A stretch of DNA of 64,000 bases from Dehalococcoidia bacterium. GTDB lineage: Bacteria; Chloroflexota; Dehalococcoidia; Plut-88900. Location: the NCBI GenBank assembly GCA_965197585.1, contig OZ240215.1, positions 2,016,001 through 2,080,000 of the forward strand, read 5' to 3'. Below, in pieces: positions 8,875 through 20,495 of the stretch. The stretch's first letter is position 1; every line of letters begins with the position of its first letter. The position numbers and the translations under genes were made by a program. The notes beneath the pieces are model-generated. The model was given only the letters and a program-made list of their open reading frames with translations, ran no database searches and had not been told where the DNA came from.

Positions 8875-9882
8875 ATGCTTTGGAAGTATGTAGCGTTTCT
8901 TATCGCACTGGCCTTCGTCGCTCCCCTGCCTAGAAGAGCGGGCTATTTTATTGCCCGCATAGTTGCGGACCTGTCCTTCCTGAGCTCAAAGCGCGCCAAG
9001 AAGAACCTCTCCAAAAACTTGCGCAACGTCCTGGGTCCCGATGCCAGTGAAGACCTTGTCAACCACTGCGCCCTGGAAGTGTCCCGCAACATGTCTCGAA
9101 ACATCTTTGACTTGATCAACATGCCGCGTTTGGACCCTCAATCTCTTGAAAAGCCCATTTCTATTAACGGCTGGGAGTACATGGAAGAAGCATTGTCCCG
9201 GGGCAAGGGAGTAGTGCTGGCCTCTATCCACATGGGAAACATGGATATGTCGATCCAGGTGATGAGGGCCCGGGGAGTGGATTTGACCATCATCGCCGAA
9301 GTTGAGGAACCGAAGCAGCTATACCAGCTGACCCACCGCCTGAGAGGGTACAATGGCATATCCATCCTCCCGGTGACTTATTCGGGGATCAAGCAGGCCA
9401 TGAAGAAGCTGCGACAGGGAGAAGTCGTGGCCATAGCCTGTGACCGAGCAATCCAGGGCAGTGGCGAATACCGGGATTTCTTCGGCAAGAAGGCGTTGCT
9501 GCCCATTGGAGGCGTTGAAATGGCGTACCGGACCGGGGCCGCCATACTACCGGCCTTCACAGTAAGGACCGGTGGAAACAGTTTCTCAATGTATTTCGAG
9601 CCACCCATCATTCTCGACCGGCAAGATGGAAAAGCCAAGAGCATTCAGTCGGGGCTAGAAAGGATCGGAGCTCTCATGGAGCAGTACATTTCCCGGCACC
9701 CCGACCAATGGATGGTCTTCGAACCTATCTGGCATGAAGAGTCCTCAGCCCCAAGGAAGACCGCCTCCCTCGGCGACGGTCGGAGAGCTGTGAACGGTGT
9801 AGCCGCCAGGACATCAGACTCCAACGGACGCCGACCCGGGGCCGGGGCTTCAATCCACTCTGTCCCACCCTCAAAGCATTGA
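8875..9882 (+). CDS. Lysophospholipid acyltransferase family protein (PatA / lipid A lauroyl-acyltransferase-like)
   Basis: H-MGNMD (HX4D) motif, ACDR, PDQWMVFEPIW. Confidence 0.88.
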   Translation: MLWKYVAFLIALAFVAPLPRRAGYFIARIVADLSFLSSKRAKKNLSKNLRNVLGPDASEDLVNHCALEVSRNMSRNIFDLINMPRLDPQSLEKPISINGWEYMEEALSRGKGVVLASIHMGNMDMSIQVMRARGVDLTIIAEVEEPKQLYQLTHRLRGYNGISILPVTYSGIKQAMKKLRQGEVVAIACDRAIQGSGEYRDFFGKKALLPIGGVEMAYRTGAAILPAFTVRTGGNSFSMYFEPPIILDRQDGKAKSIQSGLERIGALMEQYISRHPDQWMVFEPIWHEESSAPRKTASLGDGRRAVNGVAARTSDSNGRRPGAGASIHSVPPSKH

Positions 9883-11057
9883 ACATAGGATTCGTATCGA
9901 TATATGACTTTGGATATCCCGGAGGAGTAAACCTCCACGTTGCTAACCTTGCAGAGCAGTTCTCGAAGGAGGGGCACCGGGTCCGGATAATTGCACCCTG
10001 CTCCAAGGATACCGACCAATTTGGCAAGGACAAGCTGATCCCGCTCGGCTGGTCGATCCCCCTGCACACCGCCGGCACCACTGCCCGGATCGTCCTGTCC
10101 ATGCGGCTCGCCAACAAGGTCAAGCCGCTCCTTGAACGGGAGAACTTCGACCTGATCCATTACCATGAACCCCTCTGCCCCACCCTTCCCACCACCATCC
10201 TGAGAAACTCCAAGGCCGTCAACGTTGCCACTTTTCATGCCTTCCACGGCGCCCGCAGGATCGTAGGGGTGTCCTGTGCGGACAGGGCATACACGATCTT
10301 CAACAGATACGTCCGGAAGCACTGGCTGAGTCGTCTTCACGCGAAGATAGCGGTCTCCCAGGCAGCGCTGGCATTCGTATCGAGACACTTCCCCGGGGAC
10401 TACACCATCATCCCCAACGGTATAGACCTGGAGAGGTTTCACCCCGACGTAAAGCCCATAGAGCAATTCGACGATGGATATGTGAATATCCTGTTCGTCG
10501 GGAGGATGGAGAAGCGTAAGGGGCTCAAGTACCTGCTCAACGCCTACTCCAAGTTGAAGTGGGACTACCCCAAGATCCGGCTGCTGATAGTCGGGCCGGG
10601 GAATATGGACTCCGATTCCGAAAGAATAATGGGCGAGCGAAGCCTGGCGGACAAGGACGTGAAGGTGATCGGAAACGTGTCCCATGATGAGCTGCCCCGC
10701 TATTACCGGACCGCCGATATCTACTGCTCACCTGCAACCGGCAAGGAGAGCTTCGGCATCGTGCTGCTGGAGGGTATGGCCTCCAGGGCGGCGGTTGTAG
10801 CTTCAGACATCATAGGCTATGCCGGGGTCATTAGCGACGGAGTACAGGGCTTCCTGGTGCCGCCGAAAGACGATGCGGCGTTGGCATCGGCGCTAGCCCG
10901 GCTCATCGAAGACAATGATCTGAGAAAAGCCATGGCTGACCGGGGCCTGGCCCACGTGCAGGAGTTCAGTTGGGACAAGGTGTCCACGCGCGTTATGAGT
11001 GTCTATCAGGACGCCGCGGCCGCGCGCAGGGATGGAGCCCTGTCGACGCCGAACTAG
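9879..11057 (+). CDS. GT4 glycosyltransferase, PimA-like (phosphatidylinositol mannosyltransferase)
   Basis: YDFGYPGGV, HYHEP, GRMEKRKG, SPATGKESFGIVLLEGMA. Confidence 0.88.
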   Translation: MNIGFVSIYDFGYPGGVNLHVANLAEQFSKEGHRVRIIAPCSKDTDQFGKDKLIPLGWSIPLHTAGTTARIVLSMRLANKVKPLLERENFDLIHYHEPLCPTLPTTILRNSKAVNVATFHAFHGARRIVGVSCADRAYTIFNRYVRKHWLSRLHAKIAVSQAALAFVSRHFPGDYTIIPNGIDLERFHPDVKPIEQFDDGYVNILFVGRMEKRKGLKYLLNAYSKLKWDYPKIRLLIVGPGNMDSDSERIMGERSLADKDVKVIGNVSHDELPRYYRTADIYCSPATGKESFGIVLLEGMASRAAVVASDIIGYAGVISDGVQGFLVPPKDDAALASALARLIEDNDLRKAMADRGLAHVQEFSWDKVSTRVMSVYQDAAAARRDGALSTPN

Positions 11058-11114
11058 GCTCATTCGTAACCCTGCCTGCTATAATGCAACGCCACGCGCC
11101 CATGAGACTCCGCT

Positions 11115-11753
11115 ATGAAGAATGATAAAGGCCGTTCGGGCTTCTTCGACACAGCCCGCCTGCGGGACAGGGCAAAAGACTTCCTAACCGAACGGTTCTC
11201 GAACCCCACTGCGCGGGTCTTGTCCGGAGTCGGATTTACACCGAATAAAGTCACCATAGCCGGAGGGTTAATCGCCGTGGCCGCGGGGGCGGTGGCTGCC
11301 AAGGGTCGGCTCCCGGAAGCTGGGGCCCTGGTCCTGGCAGCCGGGGCCCTGGACCTGGTCGACGGTGCGATGGCGAGGTTGACGGGTAAGCAGTCCAAGT
11401 TCGGGGCTGTACTGGATTCAACCTTCGACAGGCTGGGCGAGGCAGCCGTCCTATTCGGCCTGCTGGCCTTGTACAGCGGCCTCGGGCAGACACCCTACGT
11501 GCTGCTAGTATTCGCGGCGATGTTCGGCTCGGTGCTGGTCAGCTACATAAAGGCCCGGGCCGAGGGTGAGGGGATCGACTGCAACGTGGGGCTGCTGTCG
11601 CGGGGGGAGCGGGTGGTGTTAATGGGCCTGGGGCTGTTGATAAACCAGGTCCCCGCCGTGCTCGTGATACTGACCTTCTTTTCGTACGTGACCGCGGCGC
11701 AGCGGCTCTGGCGGGTAAAGAAGGCCACGGAAGAGGCGGCCCAGGACTCCTAG
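11115..11753 (+). CDS. CDP-alcohol phosphatidyltransferase (PI/PIP synthase-like)
   Basis: TPNKVT, DLVDGAMAR...G..LDSTFDR, VSYIKARAE, RGER. Confidence 0.9.
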   Translation: MKNDKGRSGFFDTARLRDRAKDFLTERFSNPTARVLSGVGFTPNKVTIAGGLIAVAAGAVAAKGRLPEAGALVLAAGALDLVDGAMARLTGKQSKFGAVLDSTFDRLGEAAVLFGLLALYSGLGQTPYVLLVFAAMFGSVLVSYIKARAEGEGIDCNVGLLSRGERVVLMGLGLLINQVPAVLVILTFFSYVTAAQRLWRVKKATEEAAQDS

Positions 11754-12860
11754 CTTGCCGTGCCCGACCCGATCATCGCCATGAGATAGGCATCCAGAAG
11801 CGGGTCAATATCTCCCTCCAGAACGGCCTCCGGATTGGTAGACTCGAAACCCGAGCGATGGTCCTTCACCATCTTGTAGGGGTGCAGAACGTAGGAACGG
11901 ATCTGGTTTCCCCATCCCGTGTCGACGTGCTCACCCTTAAGCCTTGCCTGCTCCTCCGCTTTCTTGTTCAGCTCTATCTCCAGCAGCCGGGCGCGGAGCA
12001 CCTTCATGGCGGCTTCCCGATTCTGGAGCTGGGAGCGTTCGTTTTGGCAGGTCACCACTATGCCCGAGGGCAGGTGGGTAATTCTGACCGCCGTCAGGTT
12101 TTTCTGGACGTGCTGGCCACCGGCGCCGCTGGCCTTGAAGAAGTCGGTCTTAATGTCATCCGGGTCTATGGTTATGTCGATGTCATCCTCGGCCTGGGGC
12201 AGGACTTCAACCAGGGCGAAGGATGTGTGGCGTAGGTGGTCGGCGTCAAAGGGAGAGAGCCTGACGAGGCGGTGGACGCCCCTTTCGGACTTCAGGTAGC
12301 CGTATGCCCAGGCGCCGTCGATCTCCAGCGTCACGCTCTTGATGCCGGCTTCTTCTCCGGGAGAGAGGTCCAGGATACGAGTCGGACGGCCTTTCGCGTC
12401 ACCCCAACGGAGATACATACGCATAAGGGTCTCCGCCCAGTCCTGGGACTCGGTGCCACCGGCCCCGGAGTGGATAGCGACCAATGCAGCGTCGCGGTCG
12501 TACTTTCCGTTCAGGGCGAGGTTGAATTCAAGGCGCTTGAGGCGAGATTGGAGATCAGATATCTCCTCGATGATCTGAGACTCTAGGGAAAGGTCTCCCG
12601 TCTCGACGGAAAGGTCTATGAGCCCGGCGAGGTTGTCTACACTGCTCTCAAGACCACTCCAAAGGGTGATCTCTTCATTGAGCCCGGAGAGGCGGCGCAT
12701 TGTGGACTGGGCGGATCTGGAGTCGTTCCACAAGTCGGGTTTGGACGCCTCTTTCTCCAGTCGCTCTACTTTCAGTTTTTTGCCCTCGATGTCAAAGACG
12801 GTCCAGAAGGTATGCGGTCCTGGCTCGGAGTTGTTCTACCTCTTGTTTTAGTTCTTCCAT
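11750..12860 (-). CDS. prfB: Peptide chain release factor 2, programmed +1 frameshift
   Basis: ATG at 12860 encodes MEELKQEVEQLRARTAYLLDRL, then CTT-TGA-C at 12797-12791. The +1 frame continues into the ORF carrying the SPF and GGQ motifs. Confidence 0.97.
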
Positions 12861-12924
12861 TTCGTTCTCTTCCGAGGGCCCTCTACCCGAAGGGCGAGGG
12901 GAATTTATTGCAATCTTAATTTTA

Positions 12925-13614
12925 TCACTGATTTGCAGGTTCGAACGGCGCTATCCTACCTCCCGCAGCCAGGTGGGCCCGTCTGGTTGGCTCAGGAATA
13001 CGGTATTTACCGACGCACCCAAGGACAATGCGCAGGGCAGACTCTAGGTCAACCTTGTGCCCTATGGATACGAATATGGGCTTGGTCCCGTCTCGGGTCC
13101 TGAGCGCCGCGCCAATAACTTCCTCTCCGTCCTTGAGTTCGGCGCGGGACCCCTTAGCCCGGCCAGGCTCCTCGAACTTACCGGTCAGCCTGGACTTTGC
13201 GCATCCTATGGTGGGTATGTCGAAGAGGAGGCCCAGGTGGCAGGCAATGCCAAAACGCCTCGGGTGGGCGATGCCCTGGCCATCCACCAGCAGTACGTCG
13301 GGGCGAAGCGTAATGCTCTCCAGGACGGGGACCAAGACGGGTATCTCCCGGAAGGAGAGCAGGCCCGGCACGTAGGGGAAAGTGACCTCCGTCCTCGCGA
13401 TCCGGCACTCTACCGTCTCCAGGGTCGGATAGCTCAAGACGACTACAGCCGCCGTGGCCCGTCCATCCGTCCCAACCCCTGAGATATCCAGTCCTGCAAC
13501 GAATCGAGGCTGAAGAACGGTAGGGGTGGTGTTTACTCGGGAGGCCAAGCGGCGTTGGACGGCTGCAGCCTCGGAGGGAGAGAGGGCCCAGGGATGGATA
13601 TCTCGGGCTTTCAC
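12925..13614 (-). CDS. nfi: Endonuclease V (deoxyinosine 3' endonuclease)
   Basis: FPYVPGLLSFRE, LVDGQGIAHPRRFGIACHLG, TIGCAKSRL, YRIPEPTR; probable GTG start at 13614. Confidence 0.95.
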   Translation of the reverse strand: MKARDIHPWALSPSEAAAVQRRLASRVNTTPTVLQPRFVAGLDISGVGTDGRATAAVVVLSYPTLETVECRIARTEVTFPYVPGLLSFREIPVLVPVLESITLRPDVLLVDGQGIAHPRRFGIACHLGLLFDIPTIGCAKSRLTGKFEEPGRAKGSRAELKDGEEVIGAALRTRDGTKPIFVSIGHKVDLESALRIVLGCVGKYRIPEPTRRAHLAAGGRIAPFEPANQ

Positions 13615-13718
13615 AGGGGTGATGGTAGCATAGGAAGTGAAACCTGAAGTCTTTTTGAGCAACTAGTGGTAAAATATGCACACGGTATTGATATATTGCT
13701 GCGGGGCGCCGGAGGAAA

Positions 13719-13747
13719 TTGACGCCCCTATAGCCTTGTGTTATATT
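13719..13747 (+). promoter_or_regulatory. sigma70 promoter of infC-rpmI-rplT
   Basis: TTGACG-17nt-TATATT with TG extension. Confidence 0.7.
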
Positions 13748-13794
13748 CCCGCCACTTTCGGGTACGACGTAAGAGCTAATGAGAGGGAATACGC

Positions 13795-14352
13795 ATAGTC
13801 CGAGAATATAAAACCAACGGTAGGATACGAGCACGCGAGATCCTGGTGATCGGGTTGGACAACGAGCAAATCGGCGTTATGCCTGTGCCCGAGGCTATCA
13901 GGATTGCCCGCGAGAGCGGTGTCGATGTCGTGGAGGTATCCCCAAGCGCCGATCCCCCGGTCTGCCGCCTGATGGACTACGGAAAATTCCGTTACGAACA
14001 GGCGAAAAAAGAGCGGGAAGCCAAGAAGACTCAAAAGTCTTCCAGCTTGCGGGAAGTTCGCATGAGAACCCGGATCGGTGAAAGCGACATGCAACGCAAG
14101 ACCAACAAGATCCGCGAGTTTCTAACGGAAGGTGATAAGGTCAAGGTCTCGGTGCAGTTCAGGGGAAGAGAGATGACGCACCCGGAGATCGGGAACCAAC
14201 TCCTTGGCAAAGTTGCGAGATCGCTCTTGGAAACCGCCCGGGTCGAGTCTCCTCCCATATTGGAACGAAGAATGATGAGCATGGTGCTGGTGCCAGGGCG
14301 CAAGGACGTGCCTCGGGCCACCGCCCCACAAACTACAGATGCCAAAGCTTAA
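13795..14352 (+). CDS. infC: Translation initiation factor IF-3, non-canonical ATA start
   Basis: The frame is open from an in-frame TGA at 13780. SD GAGAGGGA then ATA at 13795 gives (M)[18 protein letters not shown]. Motifs [24 protein letters not shown]. Confidence 0.95.
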   Translation: MVREYKTNGRIRAREILVIGLDNEQIGVMPVPEAIRIARESGVDVVEVSPSADPPVCRLMDYGKFRYEQAKKEREAKKTQKSSSLREVRMRTRIGESDMQRKTNKIREFLTEGDKVKVSVQFRGREMTHPEIGNQLLGKVARSLLETARVESPPILERRMMSMVLVPGRKDVPRATAPQTTDAKA

Positions 14353-14542
14353 AACGCATAAGGGCGCCAAACGGCGCTTCCACATAACAGGTACGGGGAA
14401 AATACTGCGCGCCAAAGGCGGGAAGAGTCATCTCCGGCGAAAGAAGCCCAAACGGGTCAAGCGCCTATATTCCGAGATGCACCCCATTTCCCCCAGCGAC
14501 GTTCGCAAGATAGCCAAGATGCTGCCTTACGGCCTGCCGTAA
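14339..14542 (+). CDS. rpmI: 50S ribosomal protein L35
   Basis: [21 protein letters not shown]. Confidence 0.97.
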   Translation: MPKLKTHKGAKRRFHITGTGKILRAKGGKSHLRRKKPKRVKRLYSEMHPISPSDVRKIAKMLPYGLP

Positions 14543-14596
14543 GACCAGCCTCGACGCTATTCCAGTGCCCATGAAAACCAATTTCGGAGAGTTATA

Positions 14597-14947
14597 TTGC
14601 CACGGGTAAAAGGCGGTCCCACAACCCGACGGAGACACAAGAAAATCCTTAAGCTCACTCGTGGGCATAGGGCTACCAGTAGCACGTTGTTCCGCAGGGC
14701 CAACGAGGCGATGCTGCATGCCCTGAGCTACGCCTACAGGCACCGCAGGGAGAAGAAGCGGGACTTCAGGCGGCTGTGGATTGCCCGTATCAATGCCGCA
14801 GCCCGGAGTGAGGGACTCTCCTATAGCGCATTCATGCACATGCTGAAAAAGCGGGACATCCAGCTAGACCGCAAGACCCTGGCTGACATAGCCCTTCGGG
14901 ACCCGGCGGCATTTTCCAAGCTGGCCGCCGAGGTGCGCGGGGCCTGA
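14597..14947 (+). CDS. rplT: 50S ribosomal protein L20
   Basis: MPRVKGG...KRDFRRLWIARINAAAR. Confidence 0.97.
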   Translation: MPRVKGGPTTRRRHKKILKLTRGHRATSSTLFRRANEAMLHALSYAYRHRREKKRDFRRLWIARINAAARSEGLSYSAFMHMLKKRDIQLDRKTLADIALRDPAAFSKLAAEVRGA

Positions 14948-15100
14948 CTTCCTGCCTACCCGTTCGTACTTCGACTGACCAGACTTGGGTGGCTACCGCA
15001 CCCCAGCCCTAAGTTTTATCTCGCCAAGCCCATCACGAGCGACCCGTACCCTGCTAGCTCCAATATTTCAACAGGTCTAGCATGGGGAAGACCGGCTCTA

Positions 15101-15161
15101 TTGACGCCCATAAAGGGTCGTTCTAAAATTGGGTTGCCGCGAGGTATGATTTTTTTCACAA
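15101..15161 (+). promoter_or_regulatory. rex promoter plus Rex operator
   Basis: TTGACG-17nt-TAAAAT (15101-15129); GTATGAT-TTTT-TTCACAA at 15144-15161 versus Rex consensus TTGTGAA-N4-TTCACAA. Confidence 0.7.
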
Positions 15162-15242
15162 TCGCCGCAGTACCCGGTCTGCGCGACCTTTTGCGTAGCC
15201 GTTCCCAGACTGTGGTGTAAGAGAGGACTAGGCTGCTCCACC

Positions 15243-15881
15243 ATGGATGGCTCTATACCGGATGTAGTGGTACTGCGGTTACCGCTTTACGTCAGAGCTT
15301 TAACTCAACTCCACGATTCCGGCATCGAGGTTGTCAGTTCTCACGCGCTCGGGGAGAAGCTGCAGATAACGCCGGCCCAGATCCGCAAAGACCTGAGCTA
15401 TTTCGGACGGTTCGGGAAGCAGGGCCGGGGGTACAACGTCGGCTACCTGCTCCGGGAGCTGAGGACTATCATGGGCCTGGACCAGGAATGGAAGGCAGCA
15501 TTGGTCGGGTTGGGGAGGCTGGGCCGGGCGATAATCAGCTACCCCGGTTTTGCCAGGGAGGGCTTCCAGGTCGTGGCAATATTCGACGCTTCTCCCAACG
15601 TCGTGGGCACTGAGCTGGACGGCATCGGCGTGAGGGATATGAGTGACCTGGGGCCCATCATCCGGGACCTGGGGGTCCACATCGGGATCGTGGCTGTTCC
15701 TGAAGAACACGCTCAGAGCGTGGTGGAGCTACTGGTCGAGAGTGGGATCAAGGGAATCCTGAACTACGCGCCGATTTCGCCGCAGGTGCCGGAGGGTGTG
15801 TGGGTCCGCAACATTGACCCGGTGTTATCCCTACAGACTTTGACTTTCCACCTTAAGATGCCCGAAGGGCAGTCTGAGTAG
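15243..15881 (+). CDS. rex: Redox-sensing transcriptional repressor Rex
   Basis: RLPLYVR, QIRKDLSYFGRFGKQGRGY, VGLGRLGRA, ILNYAP. Confidence 0.97.
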   Translation: MDGSIPDVVVLRLPLYVRALTQLHDSGIEVVSSHALGEKLQITPAQIRKDLSYFGRFGKQGRGYNVGYLLRELRTIMGLDQEWKAALVGLGRLGRAIISYPGFAREGFQVVAIFDASPNVVGTELDGIGVRDMSDLGPIIRDLGVHIGIVAVPEEHAQSVVELLVESGIKGILNYAPISPQVPEGVWVRNIDPVLSLQTLTFHLKMPEGQSE

Positions 15882-15917
15882 CCAAGCCTCTAGGTCTTGG
15901 AACAGCCGGGGATCCGG

Positions 15918-16358
15918 CTATGCTAGGGAAGACGGCGCTCCGCCCCCACCCCGTCTGCGACGCCGTTCCGCTACCTTCACCCTTAGTTGTGACCGCCTGA
16001 TAGCGGCGAGGGCGACAGCCAAGTCTGCATCCGATGCCCCGGTCTTTACCTGCTCCTGGGCACGAGCCAACGCTCGTTCCGCACGCTCCACGTCGATCTC
16101 ATCGGCCCTTTCTGCGGCGTCGGCCAAGACGGTGAGCTTGTTCTGGAACATCTCCAGGAAACCGCCGGTAACGGCTATGGCCACCTCCTCGCTTCCCTTT
16201 TTGATACGCAGTTCACCGGGCTGAAGTGGAGTCAACAGGGGTGCGTGGTTTGGCAATATGCCCAGCTCGCCCAGTTGGCCGGGTGCTACCACCATATCTA
16301 CTTCGTCGGAGTAGACCCGACGCTCGGCGGTGAGTATTTCGAATTGAAGAGGCGCCAT
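15918..16358 (-). CDS. atpC: ATP synthase F1 epsilon subunit
   Basis: GELGILPNHAPL, GGFLE, AERADEIDVERA. Confidence 0.96.
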   Translation of the reverse strand: MAPLQFEILTAERRVYSDEVDMVVAPGQLGELGILPNHAPLLTPLQPGELRIKKGSEEVAIAVTGGFLEMFQNKLTVLADAAERADEIDVERAERALARAQEQVKTGASDADLAVALAAIRRSQLRVKVAERRRRRGGGGAPSSLA

Positions 16359-16373
16359 TTAGGTTCTCGCCTT

Positions 16374-17783
<1,410 letters not shown>

Positions 17784-17798
17784 TCATTATCATTTCGA

Positions 17799-18026
17799 TT
17801 AAGACCTGTGGGAGTAGTGCTTCTTGCCTTCAAATATTCTGGTGATAACCGATCCCGAGGATTCCAACGATTGCAACGCCTTGTGAAAGTCGACATCCTT
17901 CAGGTCCATCAAACCCCCGGTCTTCCGACCCCTGACTCTCGTGGCCAAGGAGCCGGGATCGAAGGCCTGGGTCTGGTTGTCGGCCAGGTAGCCTGCTATT
18001 TCTTTTAGCCAACGCTGAACGCTCAT
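17799..18026 (-). CDS. Small hypothetical protein (possible winged helix) between atpG and atpD
   Basis: 75-aa ORF filling the atpG-atpD gap on the operon strand; C-terminal ALQSLESSGSV...GKKHY resembles a wHTH recognition helix and wing. Confidence 0.6.
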   Translation of the reverse strand: MSVQRWLKEIAGYLADNQTQAFDPGSLATRVRGRKTGGLMDLKDVDFHKALQSLESSGSVITRIFEGKKHYSHRS

Positions 18027-18042
18027 AGGGGAGTTGCCGTTG

Positions 18043-18906
18043 CTATCCTCCCAGGGCCACGACGCCGCCGGTTATGTCCAGAAGCTCGTTGGTGATCATC
18101 TCCTGTCGGACCTTGTTATATATCAGGGTCAGGTCCTGAATCATATCGTCCGCGTTGTCCGTTGCACTGCGCATCGCCACCATGCGGGCCGACTGCTCAC
18201 TGGCTATGGACTCAAGCACGGCGTGGTAGACCTGCATCTCCACGAAGCGAGGCAGGAGCTCGCTGAGGGCGGTGGCGCTGTCGGGTTCGTAAATATAGCC
18301 CGCCTGCTTCATTCCCTCTATCTTGGCGGGTTCCACCGGGAGGATCTGTCTCATAACGGGGGTCTGGTTGGTTGTGGTAACAAACCGGCTGTACGCTAGA
18401 TAGACCTTATCCACTCTCGCGTCCGAGTACTCATCGATGATAATCCGGGCGATGGGCAGGATGTCCAAGACACCCGGCCTGTCCCCCAAGTCCGAGAATA
18501 CGGCCTTTATATCCCGTCCGAAGCGGCCCATGAAGTCGCGGCCTTTCTTTCCGACGGTTACCATGGACACGGAAGCGCCGTTGGAGCCAAGGATGAAGCT
18601 GCTGGTGGACCTATTCACGTTGGCATTCAGGCCACCGCAGAGTCCCCTGTCGGGGGTTATGTGGACTACCGAAATCCGGTCTCCCTCCCGCTTCTGGAGC
18701 AGGGGTTGGACCACGTCGTCCTCGGAGGGCTGAGAGGCGAGATGGCTGAGGATTTCGGCCATCTTCTCGGCGTAGGGCCTGGCAGCGAGGACCCGGTCCT
18801 GGGCGCGCTTCATCTTGGAAGCCGCGACCATCTCCATGGCCTTGGTTATCTTGGCAGTGTTTTCGACACTGCGGATTCTTGTTCGAATTTCCCTGGTGCT
18901 GGGCAA
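18043..18906 (-). CDS. atpG: ATP synthase F1 gamma subunit
   Basis: KITKAMEMVAASK, DRGLCGGLN, ASEQSARMVAM, RQEMITNEL. Confidence 0.97.
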   Translation of the reverse strand: MPSTREIRTRIRSVENTAKITKAMEMVAASKMKRAQDRVLAARPYAEKMAEILSHLASQPSEDDVVQPLLQKREGDRISVVHITPDRGLCGGLNANVNRSTSSFILGSNGASVSMVTVGKKGRDFMGRFGRDIKAVFSDLGDRPGVLDILPIARIIIDEYSDARVDKVYLAYSRFVTTTNQTPVMRQILPVEPAKIEGMKQAGYIYEPDSATALSELLPRFVEMQVYHAVLESIASEQSARMVAMRSATDNADDMIQDLTLIYNKVRQEMITNELLDITGGVVALGG

Positions 18907-18925
18907 AGCAGTTTCTCGTCCCGGA

Positions 18926-20434
18926 CTAGACTGCTACGGTCTGTTTGTACTCGTCTATGGCCTTCCTGAGGCCTTCAACAGCCTCATCCCCAAGGTCCTT
19001 GGTCTCGGCGATCTTCTCTACAACCTCGGGGTGGTTGGTCTGCATGAATTTGTGGAAACCGGTCTCAAATTCGGCGACGCTGGCCACGGGCACCTCATCC
19101 ATGAAGCCATTGATGGCGGCATAGATTATGCTCACCTGCTGCTCCAGGGACGCTGGCACATACTGGGCCTGCTTGAGGATTTCGGTGATGCGCTGGCCCC
19201 GTTCGAGCTGGCGTCGTGTGGCGGCATCCAGGTCGGCGGTGCCGAACTGGGCGAAGGCGGCCAATTCTCTGAACTGGGCAAGGTCGAGCCGCAGCCTACC
19301 CGCGACTTTCTTCATCGCTCGGCTCTGGGCCGACCCACCGACACGGGACACCGAGAGTCCCACGTTCATCGCCGGTCTCTGTCCGGAGTTGAAGAGGTCG
19401 GTCTCAAGGTAAATCTGGCCGTCGGTGATGGAGATGACATTGGTGGGAATGTAGGCGGATACGTCACCGGCCTGGGTTTCAATAATGGGGAGTGCCGTCA
19501 GTGACCCGCCTCCCTCAGCATCTTCCAACTTGGCTGCTCTTTCGAGGAGCCGGCTGTGTAGGTAGAAGACATCTCCGGGGTATGCCTCACGACCCGGGGG
19601 CCGGCGAAGGAGGAGGGATATCTGCCGGTAGGCCCAGGCGTGTTTGGACAAGTCGTCGTAAATGATCAGGGCGTCTCTGCCGCTCTCCATGAACTCTTCG
19701 CCGATGGCACAGCCGGCGTAGGGCGCAAGGTACTGGAGGGCAGCTGGGTCGGCGGCGTTGGCAGTTACGACAACGGTGTGCTCCAAGGCTCCATGCTGCT
19801 CGAGAGTGGCAACGGTCTGGGCAACCTTGGCCGCTTTCTGACCGATGGCGACGTAGATGCAGATCAGATTGCCGCCCTTCTGATTGATTATGGTGTCAAT
19901 GGCAATGGCCGACTTGCCAGTGGACCGGTCTCCGATGATCAGCTCCCGCTGGCCGCGACCGATGGGAATCATGGAGTCGATGGCCTTTATTCCCGTCTGG
20001 ACGGGGGTGTCGACCGATTTCCTGAGCACCACGTTGGGGGCGACCCGCTCTACAGGCCTGGTCTTGTTGGTGCTGATCGGGCCCCGGCCGTCGACCGGTT
20101 CACCCAGGGGATTGACCACGCGGCCTATCAGGGCGTCCCCGACAGGGACCTCGGCGATCCGGCCCGTGGACCGGACCTCGTCGCCCTCTTTAATATCGTT
20201 GTAAGCGCCAAGAATAATGGCGCCAACACTCTCCTCTTCGAGGTTCAGGGCCATGCCCGTCACCCCGGTGGGGAATGTGATGAGCTCGTTGGCCTGGACG
20301 CTGGACAGTCCATGGATCCTGGCGATCCCGTCGCCAACCTCTACCACGGTGCCAACGCCGGTCATAGTGACCTGGGCTCCGAACTCTTCTATCTGTCGTT
20401 TGATTATGGACGTTATGTCCTGCGACCCGACCAT
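18926..20434 (-). CDS. atpA: ATP synthase F1 alpha subunit
   Basis: [31 protein letters not shown]. Confidence 0.98.
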   Translation of the reverse strand: MVGSQDITSIIKRQIEEFGAQVTMTGVGTVVEVGDGIARIHGLSSVQANELITFPTGVTGMALNLEEESVGAIILGAYNDIKEGDEVRSTGRIAEVPVGDALIGRVVNPLGEPVDGRGPISTNKTRPVERVAPNVVLRKSVDTPVQTGIKAIDSMIPIGRGQRELIIGDRSTGKSAIAIDTIINQKGGNLICIYVAIGQKAAKVAQTVATLEQHGALEHTVVVTANAADPAALQYLAPYAGCAIGEEFMESGRDALIIYDDLSKHAWAYRQISLLLRRPPGREAYPGDVFYLHSRLLERAAKLEDAEGGGSLTALPIIETQAGDVSAYIPTNVISITDGQIYLETDLFNSGQRPAMNVGLSVSRVGGSAQSRAMKKVAGRLRLDLAQFRELAAFAQFGTADLDAATRRQLERGQRITEILKQAQYVPASLEQQVSIIYAAINGFMDEVPVASVAEFETGFHKFMQTNHPEVVEKIAETKDLGDEAVEGLRKAIDEYKQTVAV

Positions 20435-20495
20435 CGCGCCTCACCTCTAACCCGTTTCATTTTTATTTTAGCCCTTGCGCGTCCGCTCCCGACCT

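Noticed and set aside
9645-10685. 346-aa minus-strand ORF
   Set aside because: Antisense shadow of the GT4 gene.
12792-12794. In-frame TGA in prfB as selenocysteine or a pseudogene
   Set aside because: Canonical CTT-TGA-C programmed frameshift site.
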